A stretch of 63,930 bases of DNA, filler included, from Atractiella rhizophila (Eukaryota), in the NCBI GenBank assembly GCA_021432655.1. It is 4 parts of 4 records of this genome, joined end to end, with 100 filler letters (N's around TTAATTAATTAA, not from the genome) between each part and the next. Parts side by side here need not be neighbours in the genome. Positions count along the whole stretch, not along the records: positions 16,054 to 31,955 come from MU271920.1; positions 32,056 to 47,949 come from MU271921.1; 2 more parts are not named here. The stretch is one strand, 5' to 3'. The notes under the pieces were generated by a model. It ran no database searches. It saw nothing but the letters and a program-made list of their open reading frames with translations, and was not told the DNA's origin. Of the stretch, positions 22,366 through 41,857 are shown in pieces (position 1 is the stretch's first letter; each line of letters starts with the position of its first letter). A program made the position numbers and the translations under genes.

Positions 22366-24845
22366 CGTTCATAGAATAGAACGACGGGTTCCTAAACATC
22401 TCGATCGCCCTCTCGACCAGTTCTCCGGGCGCACTCTCGTCATCGTCCGCCACGCTCGACGCTGAGTCCGACGATATCGAGAACGGGTTTCCATGTCCTG
22501 CAGCTCCTTATCCTTCGACTTGTAGAACGAGATCTCCGGTGAGAGGATCTCCGTCGGCGGGGGAGCGTTCAGAGGGGACGACGGGCGCTTCAAAGGTGTC
22601 GTTTTGCTCCTCGCCGGCGTCACATTCTCTCTCGTCGGTGCCTTCGCCGGCGTCGTACTGCTCCTGGGGGGCTGCTGCTTGGCGGAGGTCCTGATGTCAG
22701 CCATTGAAGGACGGACAGGGGTTGTGGATCCCGACTTGGGGGTGGTGTGACCAGATTTGGTGGGAGAGGTGTTCCTCGACGCCTGTTTCTTCTGCATCAT
22801 CTCGAAATACCTCCTCCTCTTCTCCGCCACCTCCCTCGCCACCTTCGCCGGGTCCTCCTCTTCGCTTTCTCTCCCATTCCTCCCCCGACTCCCGTATGGC
22901 GCCGGATCCACGGATTCGTAGTCCGAACGCATCGTCGTCGAGCGCGAATGTGAGCGAGAATGCGAATGCGAATGAGACTGCGGCTGTGAGTCCTCGTACG
23001 AGCTCGGTTCCTGCCAGGCGGGATAGTCCTCAAAAACCATCTCGTTCTTCGCCGGTTCATTGAACTCATAGCCGCCCATGTTGACGACTTTCTGAGGGGA
23101 CGTGCTCCTCTTATTCCTCGCACTCATCCCCATCCCTACACCCTGAGCTGTGGTGGCGTACCTGGCGCTCCCATTCCTCGGCAACTGCAACTGAAACGGG
23201 CTCAAACTCTCCTCTTCCTCCCTCACCTCTCCCCTAGCGCCAGCAGCAGCCTCCTCCAACTTAGCCGCATCCGACAACCTCGAAAACAAGCTCTTAGACT
23301 GTCCCCCCGGTTTTCCGCTCATAACGATCGGCGCGCCTGTCCTGCTCCTCCCGCTCTGCACTTTCGAATTCATACTCGAAGACGACGGGGGCGAGGCACC
23401 ATTAGGCAGGGGAACATTAGCGTACGGTCTGAGCTGGTCGAGCGCTGCTGCCTGCTTCAAATGCTGTTGATGCTTCTGCTGCTGCTGCTTAGCAAACAAG
23501 CTCCCGGCAGCAGCGACGGCGGCGGAAGGAGGGGCGATGGGTTCTTGAGTGCGCATGGACGCGATCCGGGACACGATCATGTCCACCTGCGTAGGGGTGA
23601 CCTGCCCTCCGCTCGAGTTCGCGCTCGCACTCGCGGTTGAGGTCCGGCTTCCGGATGGCGGGGAGGGAGCGCGAGATGGCACGACGGGGACGTTCGAGTA
23701 GGGGTAGCGCGCTGTGCTTGCACCTGAGGCGCCAGTGGAGGAGGAGCGGGAGCGGGAGAGGAAGTTGCCGGAGAGAGGTGGCGAGACGCCTTTCCCCGCG
23801 GAAGGTGGGGTGGTACGACTGCTGCTGAGTGCGGACGGAGGGGTTGTCCGGGAGGATGAGGTGATGGATGCTGGTGTGGAAAAGTATTGGTGGGTCGGGG
23901 AGACGGTGTATGACGAAGAGGACGATGCGCTCTTGGTCGGACTGATGGAGGAGGCGGACTGAGTGCCATACGCCGGTCGACCCCAGTTAGATCCCCGGTT
24001 CATCGTTGTTGAGGTAGAATTTGACCGAGTGGAGGAGAACCAGCCTCCGCTTGAACTTGCGCTTCGTGTCAAGGATGGATTAGAACTGATGGCGGATGTA
24101 GAGTCGGCCCTCGGCCTGGCTCCCCATGAGGACCCCCGCTGATGTTGCGCCGGAGGTTGATTTTGGGTTTGATTTTGGGTTTGTGCGGAGGAAGCGAGAG
24201 AGTTGAGTCGTGAGGCTAGCTGGGAGGAGGACACGCCGTTGGACTGAGCGGATGGGTAGGGTTGGCGCGATGAGGAGGCGACGGGAGCCTTCGATCCGCC
24301 AGCTTTGAGTTGTAAGTTGAAAGGAACGGAGTCCATCGTCAGTGGCATGTTGCTGTTCGATTCGAGTAGGTTCAGTCGAATCACGATTGAGTCACGAAAT
24401 GAAATCGTCAGATGGTTGCGATAGGAAGGAAGGAAGAGACGAACCAAGTGGGACAGACGGCGTCTTGTCCAGATTCTGATAATCGTGCCCAGAGGCAAGT
24501 TTCGTGAAACAAGTCACCGCACGCGAGTTTGATGACGGGTACGATCCTGTTGCTCGACTTTGAGAGGGCCTCTCCGCACAAGGGACACTCTGTGAGCGCC
24601 ATCAGCGATCGATGTCCAGATCTTGGGGAGGTGGAGATGGATGGGGATCCGGATGACGCATGGGGATGGATGGACAGGGATGACGTACGGTACGCGTTTG
24701 GACTTCGCAGGTTGAGCCTCTGCGCCCTCACCTGGGATCTGTTCAGCGCCTGCTGGCTGTTCTGGGCGGAGGAGGATGCGTGCGAGGGGTACGAGGCAGC
24801 TGGTGTGGGCGACGATGCGCGCTTGAAAGAGGAAAAGATGCCCAT
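22190..24845 (-). CDS. RING-finger protein with a long Ser/Pro-rich disordered region; one apparent frameshift
   Basis: CPLC..C.DLFHETC..CPT(C) RING-like motif, an intron near 24445, a long low-complexity exon, and a frame switch near 22505 into GNPFSISSDSASSVADDDES..GFLER*. Confidence 0.7.
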
Positions 24846-25260
24846 GCTCCCTTCTTCGCCTTGGAATAAACGCTGAAAATTCTGCTCAGACTCGGGGCTG
24901 GAATCACGCTGAGTATTATGCGAATGACGACGTAAGGCGAAGAAGGAGATGCGAAAAAAAAGATGTGGTCGCTGACGCTGGGAGCGGTCAAAGGGAGTGG
25001 CTGTGCAAGATAAGATTTTTTTTCACCCAAATTTTCGACTTGCGGCCTTCGAACCAACCAAAAATCTGAGTCGATCTGAGATCCACACACGTTGACTTGG
25101 GCGCCGTTTTATTCTCCAGCTTCTCTCTTGCTTATCTATCTCTCTTTTTATTATCTAATTATCTGCCCTCCGACACACCAGCCTCGCCGTCTTCCAATCG
25201 CAACCAAAGCCTTTATGCACCCTTTTATGCTAGAGGAGGGTGGCAAACTTGTTCCCGAAG

Positions 25261-25451
25261 GTGCTAGAAGGACGAAAGAGGGAAAGAACGAGGGTGCGTC
25301 AGCATGTAGGATGATGTGCGTCGGGCAAAGAGGGCAGCATCACTGCTGCATTACAAGTGCTAGAAGGACGAAAGAGGGAAAGAACGAGGGTGCGTCAGCA
25401 TGTAGGATGATGTGCGTCGGGCAAAGAGGGCAGCATCACTGCTGCATTACA
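25261..25451. repeat. Perfect tandem duplication, 95-bp unit (period 96)
   Basis: GTGCTAGAAGG..GCTGCATTACA at 25261-25355 and 25357-25451. Confidence 0.95.
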
Positions 25452-27553
25452 GTTCTAATACCCTCTGAAATAGGCTGCAGCCCCTTCCCTGCCGAATGCG
25501 AGGCTGAGAGCTGAAGTATTCGAGTCCTGCGGCGAAAGCTAAAAGACATACCTTCATCAAATGTTAGTCAGAGCTTGACTTTACGCCGTGAAGGCCGCGG
25601 TTCAGCGATGACCTTAGCCAGGACGTTGTAGGGATATCTGAATCCTTTCAGGATTGTGAAAGCCGAAAGATTTAGAGCCCTTACCGAATCTCCTGAAGCT
25701 ATTTCTCAATTCATTCCGCGAGACATATCATTTGAGGACACCTTAGACTGCTTGCTGTGACCACTTTCCTCGGCCACCTTTGGATCTTCAACCGTCCTGA
25801 ACGCATTCCTGTCTTGTCTAATTATAATTCCCACACGAATTCTGAATTCATCAAAGAACCTCGGTTGAAGGGATGGACTTGGAGAGTCCCTCACAGCATT
25901 TCCGGATCGTCCAGCGAACCTGTAATACGAATAACATAGATGAACATTCTTCATACTTTATGGGTCATTTTCTTTTGTCGCAGTCTTGCTTCCGTGACCT
26001 CGTTTCTCTCCCTCACACACAACCACCATCTTCTCTGAGCTTGCCTGTATTGAGGTATAGCTAGTGCTGTGTGTGAGGTGAGTACTCGTTAATTTCTACC
26101 TTTATTGTGCTTTGCTCATCGGGCACTTGTTTAAGGTCACATTTCATCTCCCTTTCCGAGTTCGAGGTATTTTATCGTTCTAGAACACTCAAAGAGGGTG
26201 TGTTATTTCCTTTTCACCCTCTTCTCGCTTATTCATGTCCGTTCTCTTTCGTAGGGCTGTGCCAACAGCCTTGTCCGCTCTCTGTTAGCCCTTGCGGACT
26301 CTTTGGGTGTTTTAGGTACGCATACTTCATTGTTACTTATGCTTCTATGTTCCTTTTCTTATACTATGCAAACCGTGTTTTAGAACCCATTATTTCGAAC
26401 TCACCGCCGCTAAACGAGCCTTGCCAGCTCTCACTTAGTCGCGTTATAGAACCTCACAGGTAGTGCTCGGGCATGGATCATCGAGGAGCTCCAACTTCAT
26501 CCTCTAATGAATGTCGTGCACCCATATGTTGGAGGAAGCTATGTGATTCAAAAGTTCTGTAAATTGGTTCATGGTTCATGCCTAACGCTGTCACAACAAG
26601 CCTCTATTTCAACCCTACAGTAAGTTACAAAGCTCTGGTCACGTGGCTGCGACATGAAATGTTCCTCAACGTGCAACTGCAAAGCCTCCTGTCGCGAATC
26701 CTCCACCGAGTTATCTTCTGTATATCCATATCGTTAGTGAATTGTTACTTTGAGGTTCATCCCTGGACGGTTGGGTGCGTTATTTGAACTCTGGTCAAAA
26801 CCATCAACAGGAATCAGGACCTACGTCTCTCAATGGTATGAACCCCCTGAGAACGGTGTATTTAATGCCGCTGCTCTAGTTCAACATGCAGACGCAAAAA
26901 CACCAGAGGTAGACGTGGAAACGCTAAAAACTAGCAAAGATGTACAAACCATGACTCATGTTTAGCAAAGATGCATATATCATTGCAGATATGTGAAGAT
27001 CCCCTAGACCATATTAATATAGCACGTAACCACAAGCCGTTACTTCCATATACTTCCATGCACAAAGGGGATGGTATTCCTCAAGTGCGCGTCGACACAA
27101 CAACGCCGCAACTTTCATTCGAGCGGGTAAAGAAGAGGATATGATGACAGGGCGACACGACGCGCCGCATAAACTGTATGAGCATTACCAATCACTATTA
27201 CGAGAACTCCCAATTCTTAGGCAAGTCTCAAGCTGAAGCAGCGCTGAAGTCTGGTGTTTTCTGCCCCAGAGCTCCACTTTGAATCAGGATCATGTCATGC
27301 CGATTTCGGAATGGGGCAACAGTCTCCGAAGAGGGTAGGCAGAGCTGACCATCTTGACCAGTAGGAGCGTAAAATGTATGTCTTTTTTTCTCTTCCTCAG
27401 TGGTCATTTCGGCCCTTGGAACGAAAAGATGACGAGGGATTGATCGGAACAGGTCCACCCGTTTCCGAACCTCTTAGCCCATATAAGGAGCGTCCCCTCC
27501 TTCAAAGGGAACTATTTTCTGTCAAAAACATTAAATCCACACTCGAAGTCGAT

Positions 27554-28809
27554 ATGCCCATGCACAAAGCGGCCATCGTCCCGTCACTCAAGGGGGGATT
27601 CATCGTCCAAGACCTTGAAGATTCCGTACCGAAGAAGGGACAAGTACTGATCAAAGCCGTCGCTTGCGCCTTGAACCCTGTGGATGCATTCAGACACGAC
27701 ACTGGTGCGATGTGCCCCGCTTACCCTATCGTCCTCGGGAGTGATGTCGCAGGAATCGTAGAGGAGCTGGGAGAGGGTGTGAGCAGGTTCAAGAAGGGCG
27801 ACAGAGTGTAAGTGACACCTTCGTCAATGTGCCCCGGTGTGGATAGATGGCTGATACGCAGCGATAGGATGGCTGGCGTGATGGATGGTTGTTTCAGGCA
27901 ATATGTGGTCTTGAATGAAGATGTCATTTTCAAGGTAGGTAAAAATCGCCAAAACTATAATATCATGAAACGTAGATTGATTATTCGTTAGGTTCCCGAC
28001 AACGTCAGTTTCGAAGAAGCCGCCACGATGCCCTGCTGCTTGGGGACGGCGATGATAGGGTTATTTGACAACGCGCCGCAGGGAATCGGTCTCAACCCTT
28101 CCTTCACGTTCAAACAGCCTTCTCATACAGGTGAAAAGGCGCTCGTTATTCGCGGGAGTTCATCCGTAGGCCAATTCGGTGCGTCATTACACACTCTTGC
28201 TTCTTCACTCTTCGTTCGTCCGCTCGATGGGACTAATGGCTGCGGCGCAAAGGAATTCAGCTGCTTAGATGGCTGGGATTCACTGAGATTGCCGCGTACG
28301 CATCTGAAAAACATTCCGCTCACCTCCTCTCTCTCGGAGCCACGAAGGTGCTCGACCATTCCAAAGTTACACTGGGAGATCTCCGAAAGACAATTTCAAA
28401 CTTTGACGTCGTCTTGGATGGTCTCTCCACTGCGGAATCGCAGGCTGCGAGCCTAGATTGTTTGAAGGAGGGAGGGAAGGTGGTGAACGTGATGTTGCGA
28501 TTCCCTGAAGGGATTGAAGAGCGTTTGAAGGCCGAGAACAAAGTCGGAGCGAAGGTTTATGGTCTTTTTGACAGGAGCACAATAACCGAAGGCTGCTCAT
28601 GATGGAGTCCCCAGGCTGATGCAAGAGAGGTTGTTGGTCGTATGTCTTCTTTCTTCATCACTGAATCTGGGAGGTGATGCAGTTATTTATAGGGAAATCG
28701 ATACGAAATTTTGCCGGGAGGCTTGTCAGGAATAGAGGCAGGTATTGGTCGCATAAGGAATAAAGAAGTTAGCGGTATAAAGCTAGTAGCTCGACCTTTC
28801 GACGAGTAG
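27554..28809 (+). CDS. Zinc-binding dehydrogenase/enoyl reductase-like protein (MDR family), frameshifted near 28590 as assembled
   Basis: ALNPVD, GSDVAGIVEELGEGVSRFKKGDRV, SFEEAATMP, GSSSVG, C-terminal VSGIKLV. TATA at ~27482. One extra A relative to the copy at 31409. Confidence 0.85.
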
Positions 28810-31408
28810 GAACCACATCCTGATCAAATTTATTCATCCAAGTATTGAGAAATGTGAGCGAGATGAACATGTGGAGATAAGTTCTTTGAGGGCGAACCAC
28901 CATTCCATGGACAGTTGTTTGAGTGGCCATTCACGAGCACATGCAGAAAAGCAAGCGATTTGTTATTGTTATACTGTTACAGGTGTTACAGACTCAAAAG
29001 AACTCTGAGCCTATCATGCTTCGGCTGCAGGACTCACACAACGTTCACGTCAGAGGTGCTCGCGGTTGCTTGAGCTTATCTATAATTATCCAATGAACCG
29101 CTGAGCTTTCGAGTTTTCTGGAACAGGTTGCTGCTATACCCTCCGCAAAATCTTGTGGCTCGCAACATCTTCTTCTGTCTTGGTCAATGGTCGGACGAAC
29201 TCACTGTTACTCCTTGAGGATGGTATCAATCGTGAGCTCTCTGATCAGGGAGTCATGTCGTGGGGAAGAGCTGCTCATCTTCGTATCGGGAAACGGGCGA
29301 GTTCTATGAAAACTTGGATGCCTTTTCGAGGAGACCAACAACCTTGGATGAATGTTCGTCCACAAAACTTCCTTCACGTAAGAAGGTCATGAACCTAAGC
29401 TGTTGTCCTGCCGAATTTGTCATTCTCTGAAGCTTCGTAACATTAGAAAGCGGCATCGAGGATATCGTTGCCTACCGATTTGATCAAGTTAGGTCCCACC
29501 TTTTCAGATCCCATAAACCACAATATAATAGTGTGAGATCTTACTCAATCATGGCAATGGATAAGTGGTGGACGCTGGAGCTAGAACGTGAAGCGGGTAA
29601 GGACGGAAGAAGGCAATCAAGACTGCATGAAGCAAAAGAGCTTTCTGAGGCCGACAGACATGGCCAGACAATGACAATAGACGTCTGTTGTCCGAACAGT
29701 AAAGCATCACCTTTCCCTTTTCACAAGACTTGATTGGCTTCAAGTTGATTGACAACTCACGGTAGTTTCGGGGGATCGCTAGCACTACTGAAGCTGTGCC
29801 GCTCGATAAGAGGGTGCGAGCTTGAAAGTGGATGCTGGATGCTGTGGAAACTACTGTGGGATATTCTGGGCCTTTGGACCAGCGAGTGGCGGTAGAAGGT
29901 TTTGAAAGTTTGTGAAGAAGGCCCGGGGTGGCCGATGACCGTGAACCAGCACAACGTACATCTTTCGAACATTCCCATCTACCAAAGCTTCGTGTAGAAC
30001 CAATGTATCCTTCATTCCCAGGGATGGATCGTGCATAGCTCCAAGCTTCAACGAGTTCGAGAACTAATCCGTGTCATGGATCCGGGCTCAGGAGAGGCAC
30101 TGTACCAGGAAGGGAATCGGAGCTGCTGAGTGAGGTGGAAGGTGAACGTCTCTAAGAGTACTGTCTTTCAATCCTCTTATTCATTGGAGTTTCTCTTGCT
30201 TGCTCGTGGGATCCGATGTCTGTCCTCCTCGGCTCGCCAGAGACCCACTTGGAGATTCTGCAGTATCTGAGTGACGGTCTCTTGAAACGATCAGAGAATT
30301 GTGGAGGCGAAAGTGTGGAGTTGAGGCTCGGCTGACTGATCCAATCCATTTCCCCAGCTCTGTTACCAGCGCAGCAAGAATGCTTGCTCGGGAACCATCC
30401 CTTCTCACCCGTATTGCGTTACGTTGCGCTCGTCAACAGAGATCGAGAGGAGCACGAACACCTCCAAAAAAGCCTGCAACGAATACGCAACGCCAAAAAA
30501 GGTTCACTGCATGCCAAACCCGATCATTCTCAAACTTCAACTCATTCAGCCATTCTGGCATCTGAAAAACAAATCTGAAATTTGGAAGCTTTCCACGAGC
30601 CAAGGCTTTGTCGGGTTCAATCAGCCTTACTTCCAATTCAGAAAAGCTCGAAACCAACTCGAACTGTCCGAGGCTCCAAAATGGTTGAATTTGGGCGTTT
30701 GTTATTTGCGGAGATGGTTTCGATGGTATCACGCATGCTGATTTCATTCAAGGACTGTGGCTGCGGCAGTCCATAAGTGGAATCTACGAGGAGNNNNNNN
30801 NNNNNNNNNNNNNNNNNNNNNNNNNNNNNNNNNNNNNNNNNNNNNNNNNNNNNNNNNNNNNNNNNNNNNNNNNNNNNNNNNNNNNNNNNNNNNNNNNNNN
30901 NNNNNNNNNNNNNNNNNNNNNNNNNNNNNNNNNNNNNNNNNNNNNNNNNNNNNNNNNNNNNNNNNNNNNNNNNNNNNNNNNNNNNNNNNNNNNNNNNNNN
31001 NNNNNNNNNNNNNNNNNNNNNNNNNNNNNNNNNNNNNNNNNNNNNNNNNNNNNNNNNNNNNNNNNNNNNNNNNNNNNNNNNNNNNNNNNNNNNNNNNNNN
31101 NNNNNNNNNNNNNNNNNNNNNNNNNNNNNNNNNNNNNNNNNNNNNNNNNNNNNNNNNNNNNNNNNNNNNNNNNNNNNNNNNNNNNNNNNNNNNNNNNNNN
31201 NNNNNNNNNNNNNNNNNNNNNNNNNNNNNNNNNNNNNNNNNNNNNNNNNNNNNNNNNNNNNNNNNNNNNNNNNNNNNNNNNNNNNNNNNNNNNNNNNNNN
31301 NNNNNNNNNNNNNNNNNNNNNNNNNNNNNNNNNNNNNNNNNNNNNNNNNNNNNNNNNNNNNNNNNNNNNNNNNNNNNNNNNNNNNNNNNNNNNNNNNNNN
31401 NNNNNNNN

Positions 31409-31955
31409 TCGTTCGTCCGCTCGATGGGACTAATGGCTGCGGCGCAAAGGAATTCAGCTGCTTAGATGGCTGGGATTCACTGAGATTGCCGCGTACGCAT
31501 CTGAAAAACATTCCGCTCACCTCCTCTCTCTCGGAGCCACGAAGGTGCTCGACCATTCCAAAGTTACACTGGGAGATCTCCGAAAGACAATTTCAAACTT
31601 TGACGTCGTCTTGGATGGTCTCTCCACTGCGGAATCGCAGGCTGCGAGCCTAGATTGTTTGAAGGAGGGAGGGAAGGTGGTGAACGTGATGTTGCGATTC
31701 CCTGAAGGGATTGAAGAGCGTTTGAAGGCCGAGAACAAAGTCGGAGCGAAGGTTTATGGTCTTTTTGATAGGAGCACAATAACCGAGGCTGCTCATGATG
31801 GAGTCCCCAGGCTGATGCAAGAGAGGTTGTTGGTCGTATGTCTTCTTTCTTCATCACTGAATCTGGGAGGTGATGCAGTTATTTATAGGGAAATCGATAC
31901 GAAATTTTGCCGGGAGGCTTGTCAGGAATAGAGGCAGGTATTGGTCGCATAAGGA
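31409..31955 (+). repeat. Near-identical copy of 28212-28759 (3' half of the MDR gene), flanked by gaps
   Basis: Differences seen: one SNP (28572 C versus 31769 T) and a 1-nt indel. Confidence 0.9.
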
Positions 31956-32055
31956 NNNNNNNNNNNNNNNNNNNNNNNNNNNNNNNNNNNNNNNNNNNNT
32001 TAATTAATTAANNNNNNNNNNNNNNNNNNNNNNNNNNNNNNNNNNNNNNNNNNNN

Positions 32056-38162
<6,107 letters not shown>

Positions 38163-38630
38163 AAGAGGGATTACGGAATGCGCGTGGAGGAAATTGAAAG
38201 GAGAAAATTAGACTCTCAACATTGGAAACCCAATGGATAGAGATGGATCAAATAACTGTATCCTTATTCCATTTAGAGATTACCAGACTCTTATTTTCAA
38301 GTATTTCGTCGCCTGCAATGTGCGCTCCTAACCTGGCCGTGTAACAAATGACGCCAGGATAACCCATATGCCTCCCCCAAGTTTTGTTTTCTCTTCTTTC
38401 CGGACTCCCCGGACTCGATTCAGTGCCAGTAACCGTCACATCCACGTCATGTCGCAGGAGTATTCTGTAACACAGTAGCTGGGTATGCCCACTCTTCCCA
38501 TTCAACCCTTCCTTGCTTTACTAGAAAGAAGTCACTGCACCGCAAAGCACTTCAAGCTGTGAGCAGACCGTTTCTACAAGTGAACTCGATGCTAATTTAC
38601 TTGCTTACAGGTTATATACGTTAATCCCCG

Positions 38631-39925
38631 TCATGTACATTGTTGGTCCCAGTTATTACCAGTCTCTCTGTGCGACTCAATCTCGTGACTAAATCCTCAA
38701 ACCTCTCCTTCTCAGCATCTCGCATTTCTTCCACCCATTGCCCTTCGAAACCGTTGGAAAGCTTCTATTGTTCAGTTCAGTCTTTTCCTGACGGCGTAGC
38801 AGAGCATACCAAGAGAACGCTCAACGCTTCCCTCGTCCTGATTCCTACTTCTTTCGCTTGTATCAAACGCATCCTGGTCATCCTAACGCCGTCGTAGGCT
38901 AGTCTAGCTCTTTCAACCGCCCGCCTGCCACCACAGCATTGTCAACTATACCGTACCAACTGATGGGGGCTAGACTTACGCAATTCTTTCACCCTTCCAG
39001 TCTTGCTGGACTTGTGAATCCACCAACTTCGAGTCACTTAACCCAACCAACGCCTCGAAACCTGCCTTCGCGGCTAACTCACTCGTCTTTATCAGATCTT
39101 CCAACCGGCGCTCGAGTCGAGGTACATGCGAAACTAGTTTTCTCATTGTGTATTTCCAATTACTGCTCTCTAGCTAAACCTCTTGGCATGTCAGGTCGTC
39201 CTCGCCATGATGAACAAGGAATCATATACCCCTCGTCGAATGTCTTTCACTGCTTGCAAGGCACCAGCCCTGATCTCCATTATTCCAACCTGTAAGGTAC
39301 GGACGGAGTCGCCGTAGTCATCAAACTTGGAAGCGAGTTTATCATCGTGTTTGGAAGAAAGTCGAAGGGTAGTGCTAAGGAGGTATATATCAGACGCCTT
39401 GACCACTTCCACCGCATCTGATGAAGGAGACGAGATATCGAGGACAGTATCAAGGATAAGGTGGGTTGAGTCCACTTGATCGAGAATCGTGGAGAGCCCG
39501 ATATCATGATGCGTGCTGAAGCTGGAAGAGTTGGAAGGAAAGAAAGCTGAAAGAAGCAACGAGAAAAACAACCCCAGAACCACAGTCACTTTCCATGGTA
39601 CACTCTTTTGGCTGGTGTTGCGCGCAGCTATCCTCGACCTCCTGCCCATTTCTTCCCTCCATGATTCGTCGCCGTCTTCTTCTCCCTCGTCAATGCTGGG
39701 GGAATATCTCGTCATGTCCACAGGGGACGTGCGGCCAATCACGTAGTCTGTATCTGGACTCTCCGAGCTGCTGAAGTCCTCCGCAATAGAGTAGCTAGGT
39801 GGATCAAGAGGGCCTAGGGGCGTGGCCGTCATGCTTCCTGATACTGAAGGATAGAAACTTGAGCCATCGCTCAAAGGTGTAGATGGCAGAGGGATGTTGC
39901 AAGGATCTACTAATTCTGAATCCAT
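38631..39925 (-). CDS. Hypothetical single-TM, coiled-coil protein (3' end approximate)
   Basis: 244-aa first exon with a disordered N-terminus, TM segment VTVVLGLFFSLLLSAFF and a helical region; further exons downstream. Confidence 0.6.
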
Positions 39926-40137
39926 GGTCCTTGATGCAATAGTCGCGATGAGTGGCTTTTATGATGCGCCATTGACCTTTGAGAACAAGGGAACAAGGGT
40001 AGGAACAAGGTTGTTTGATGCTGCTCGCGATCTTCGGGCGCCTGATCGTTCAACTTTTTGCGAGAGCCTCATGCAACACTCATGGTCTGCAGCTTTCTTT
40101 TCACAAAAGATAGTCTCGTTATGCGTGTTTTGTATCG

Positions 40138-41857
40138 TTACATTGGAGCGCATAGAAAGAGAAGCATAGGAGATAGCATAGACCATAGTTTTAGAAGGTC
40201 AAGTAGGGAAAGCCAGTATTTATCCCCCTACACTCAGTGCCTTGCTACTGCCCTCCCCAAGTCCGCTTTGCCCAAGAGCGGGATTCTGCCCCAGCTCGCT
40301 CCTAAACCTTTGGGGATCGTGTACCTTGTCGAGAGCGTTCTGAAACTTCACCTACGGCACAGACTTTAGATATTGTTCAGTAATAGTCAGGTCAACAAGT
40401 CTTACCATGCTGTGGCGTAAAAGTTCTCGTTCTGCTTGTGTTGGTAAACCGTGATCTGCCAAATGGAAAGCTACCAGCCCGCGCTGCACCAATGCTGTCA
40501 GTATGACTCCTCAGTACCGAGAAAAGCACTTTAAAGCTATCTGTGTTCTTTGAATGCTATCGAAAACGGTTAGAAGTCGGCATGAATGAAGGGTGGTGGT
40601 GGAGGAGCCTACTGCCAACAAGAGCATCCTAACAGTTTCTAGGTGCCTCAGAGCAACAACGACGTCATGGAGCGCGTCTTTCACAAGTTCGAATTCTCGT
40701 CTGTTCACTTTTTTAAACCAGGTAAGATGCAACGAAAACAACACACTGCAAGCGCATAAACTCTTGAGTCTTGATTTTCCACCATTTGTCTCCCCTGGCA
40801 TAAGCGTCCCTCAGGTATCCTTTCACAGTTGCCATTTCCTGCCCAAGTTCCTTCCCCAATTCGCTTACAGAGAGGATGACTGGGAGTGCGATGTCGATGT
40901 CGTCCACGAGCTCAGAGAGGGAGCGATCGACGGTTGCAAACATCAGCTCCATATTTCGAGTAAGCGAAGGGAGAGGGTCCATGTGAGCCGGAGAGTGAAA
41001 AAGAGAGATAGACGAGAGTGCGCGATTGAAAAAACTCGGCGCAGGATCCAGAGACTTTTGGTGGATGTGGTCGATGACTAGCTCGATGCGCCGATACTGC
41101 ACAATTTTCAGTGCCACCTCCTGGAATTAGGAACAGAACTTACCTCTTGAATAATCCAGCTGAAGGAATTGACGCCTTTACTGTTAATGGCAATCAATGT
41201 ATCTTTCACTTCTCTCAACCCATTCCCAAACTCCATTATTCCTTCTCCCAAGGGCTCATGACCTTCGAAGTTGCTCGTGCCTTTGATAGCAGCCCCATTC
41301 TCCCACATGTCAATAGAATGTAGACCCATGTTCTGAGGGTCCGAGAGCGCGACGAAGGAATGAAAGAGATCGCCAGTTTGGTGTGAATGCTCCGCTGCAA
41401 GTTTCGTAATCTGGCTAAGAGCAGGTATTGGAGAGCAAGCACCCAGGTAAAGGGAGCACCGAATGGCGCTAAAGGAAGTAGCGAGGCTAGAGGTGTTCAA
41501 AGCGGCCACCCAATTCCCGACTGAAGTAATCGATTGCAACGCCTGAAAAGGGTGCATGACGATTTGGTAAGCGACGTGGATGAAGAGGCAAATTGTACAA
41601 GCCGCCAGAAGAATCGGCAGTATTGGGAGAAAGAAGGTGAGAATAAAGCGTAGGCAGGCGACGAAAGGTGTGAAGATTTTATCGAAGATGAAGAAGATGA
41701 TCTCAAAGAAACTACCACGAACGGTTGAGACATCTTCCCATCCATCGCGATCGCGGTTCGTGGGATGTCGAGCTTTCCGGTTCGCATTGGAGGATTCTCG
41801 CAACTTCCTATATCGTCTCTTCGGGAGCATAGTCCTCGAAGGGTGAGGAGGAAACAT
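40138..41857 (-). CDS. Hypothetical TM/coiled-coil protein, probable distant paralog of the adjacent gene (3' end approximate)
   Basis: 249-aa first exon with a hydrophobic hairpin, then LSDPQNMGLHSIDMW..LREVKDTLIAINSKG; downstream exon ORF at 40713-41117. Confidence 0.65.

Noticed and set aside
26072..26458. Possible solo LTR (TGTGAGGT...ACCTCACA)
   Set aside because: Only an 8-bp inverted match, with no TSD and no second copy in the window.
28900..30793. Short ORFs downstream of the MDR gene
   Set aside because: No recognisable protein features.
30744..31653. Long ORFs full of X (also 59793-60771)
   Set aside because: They only run through assembly gaps.
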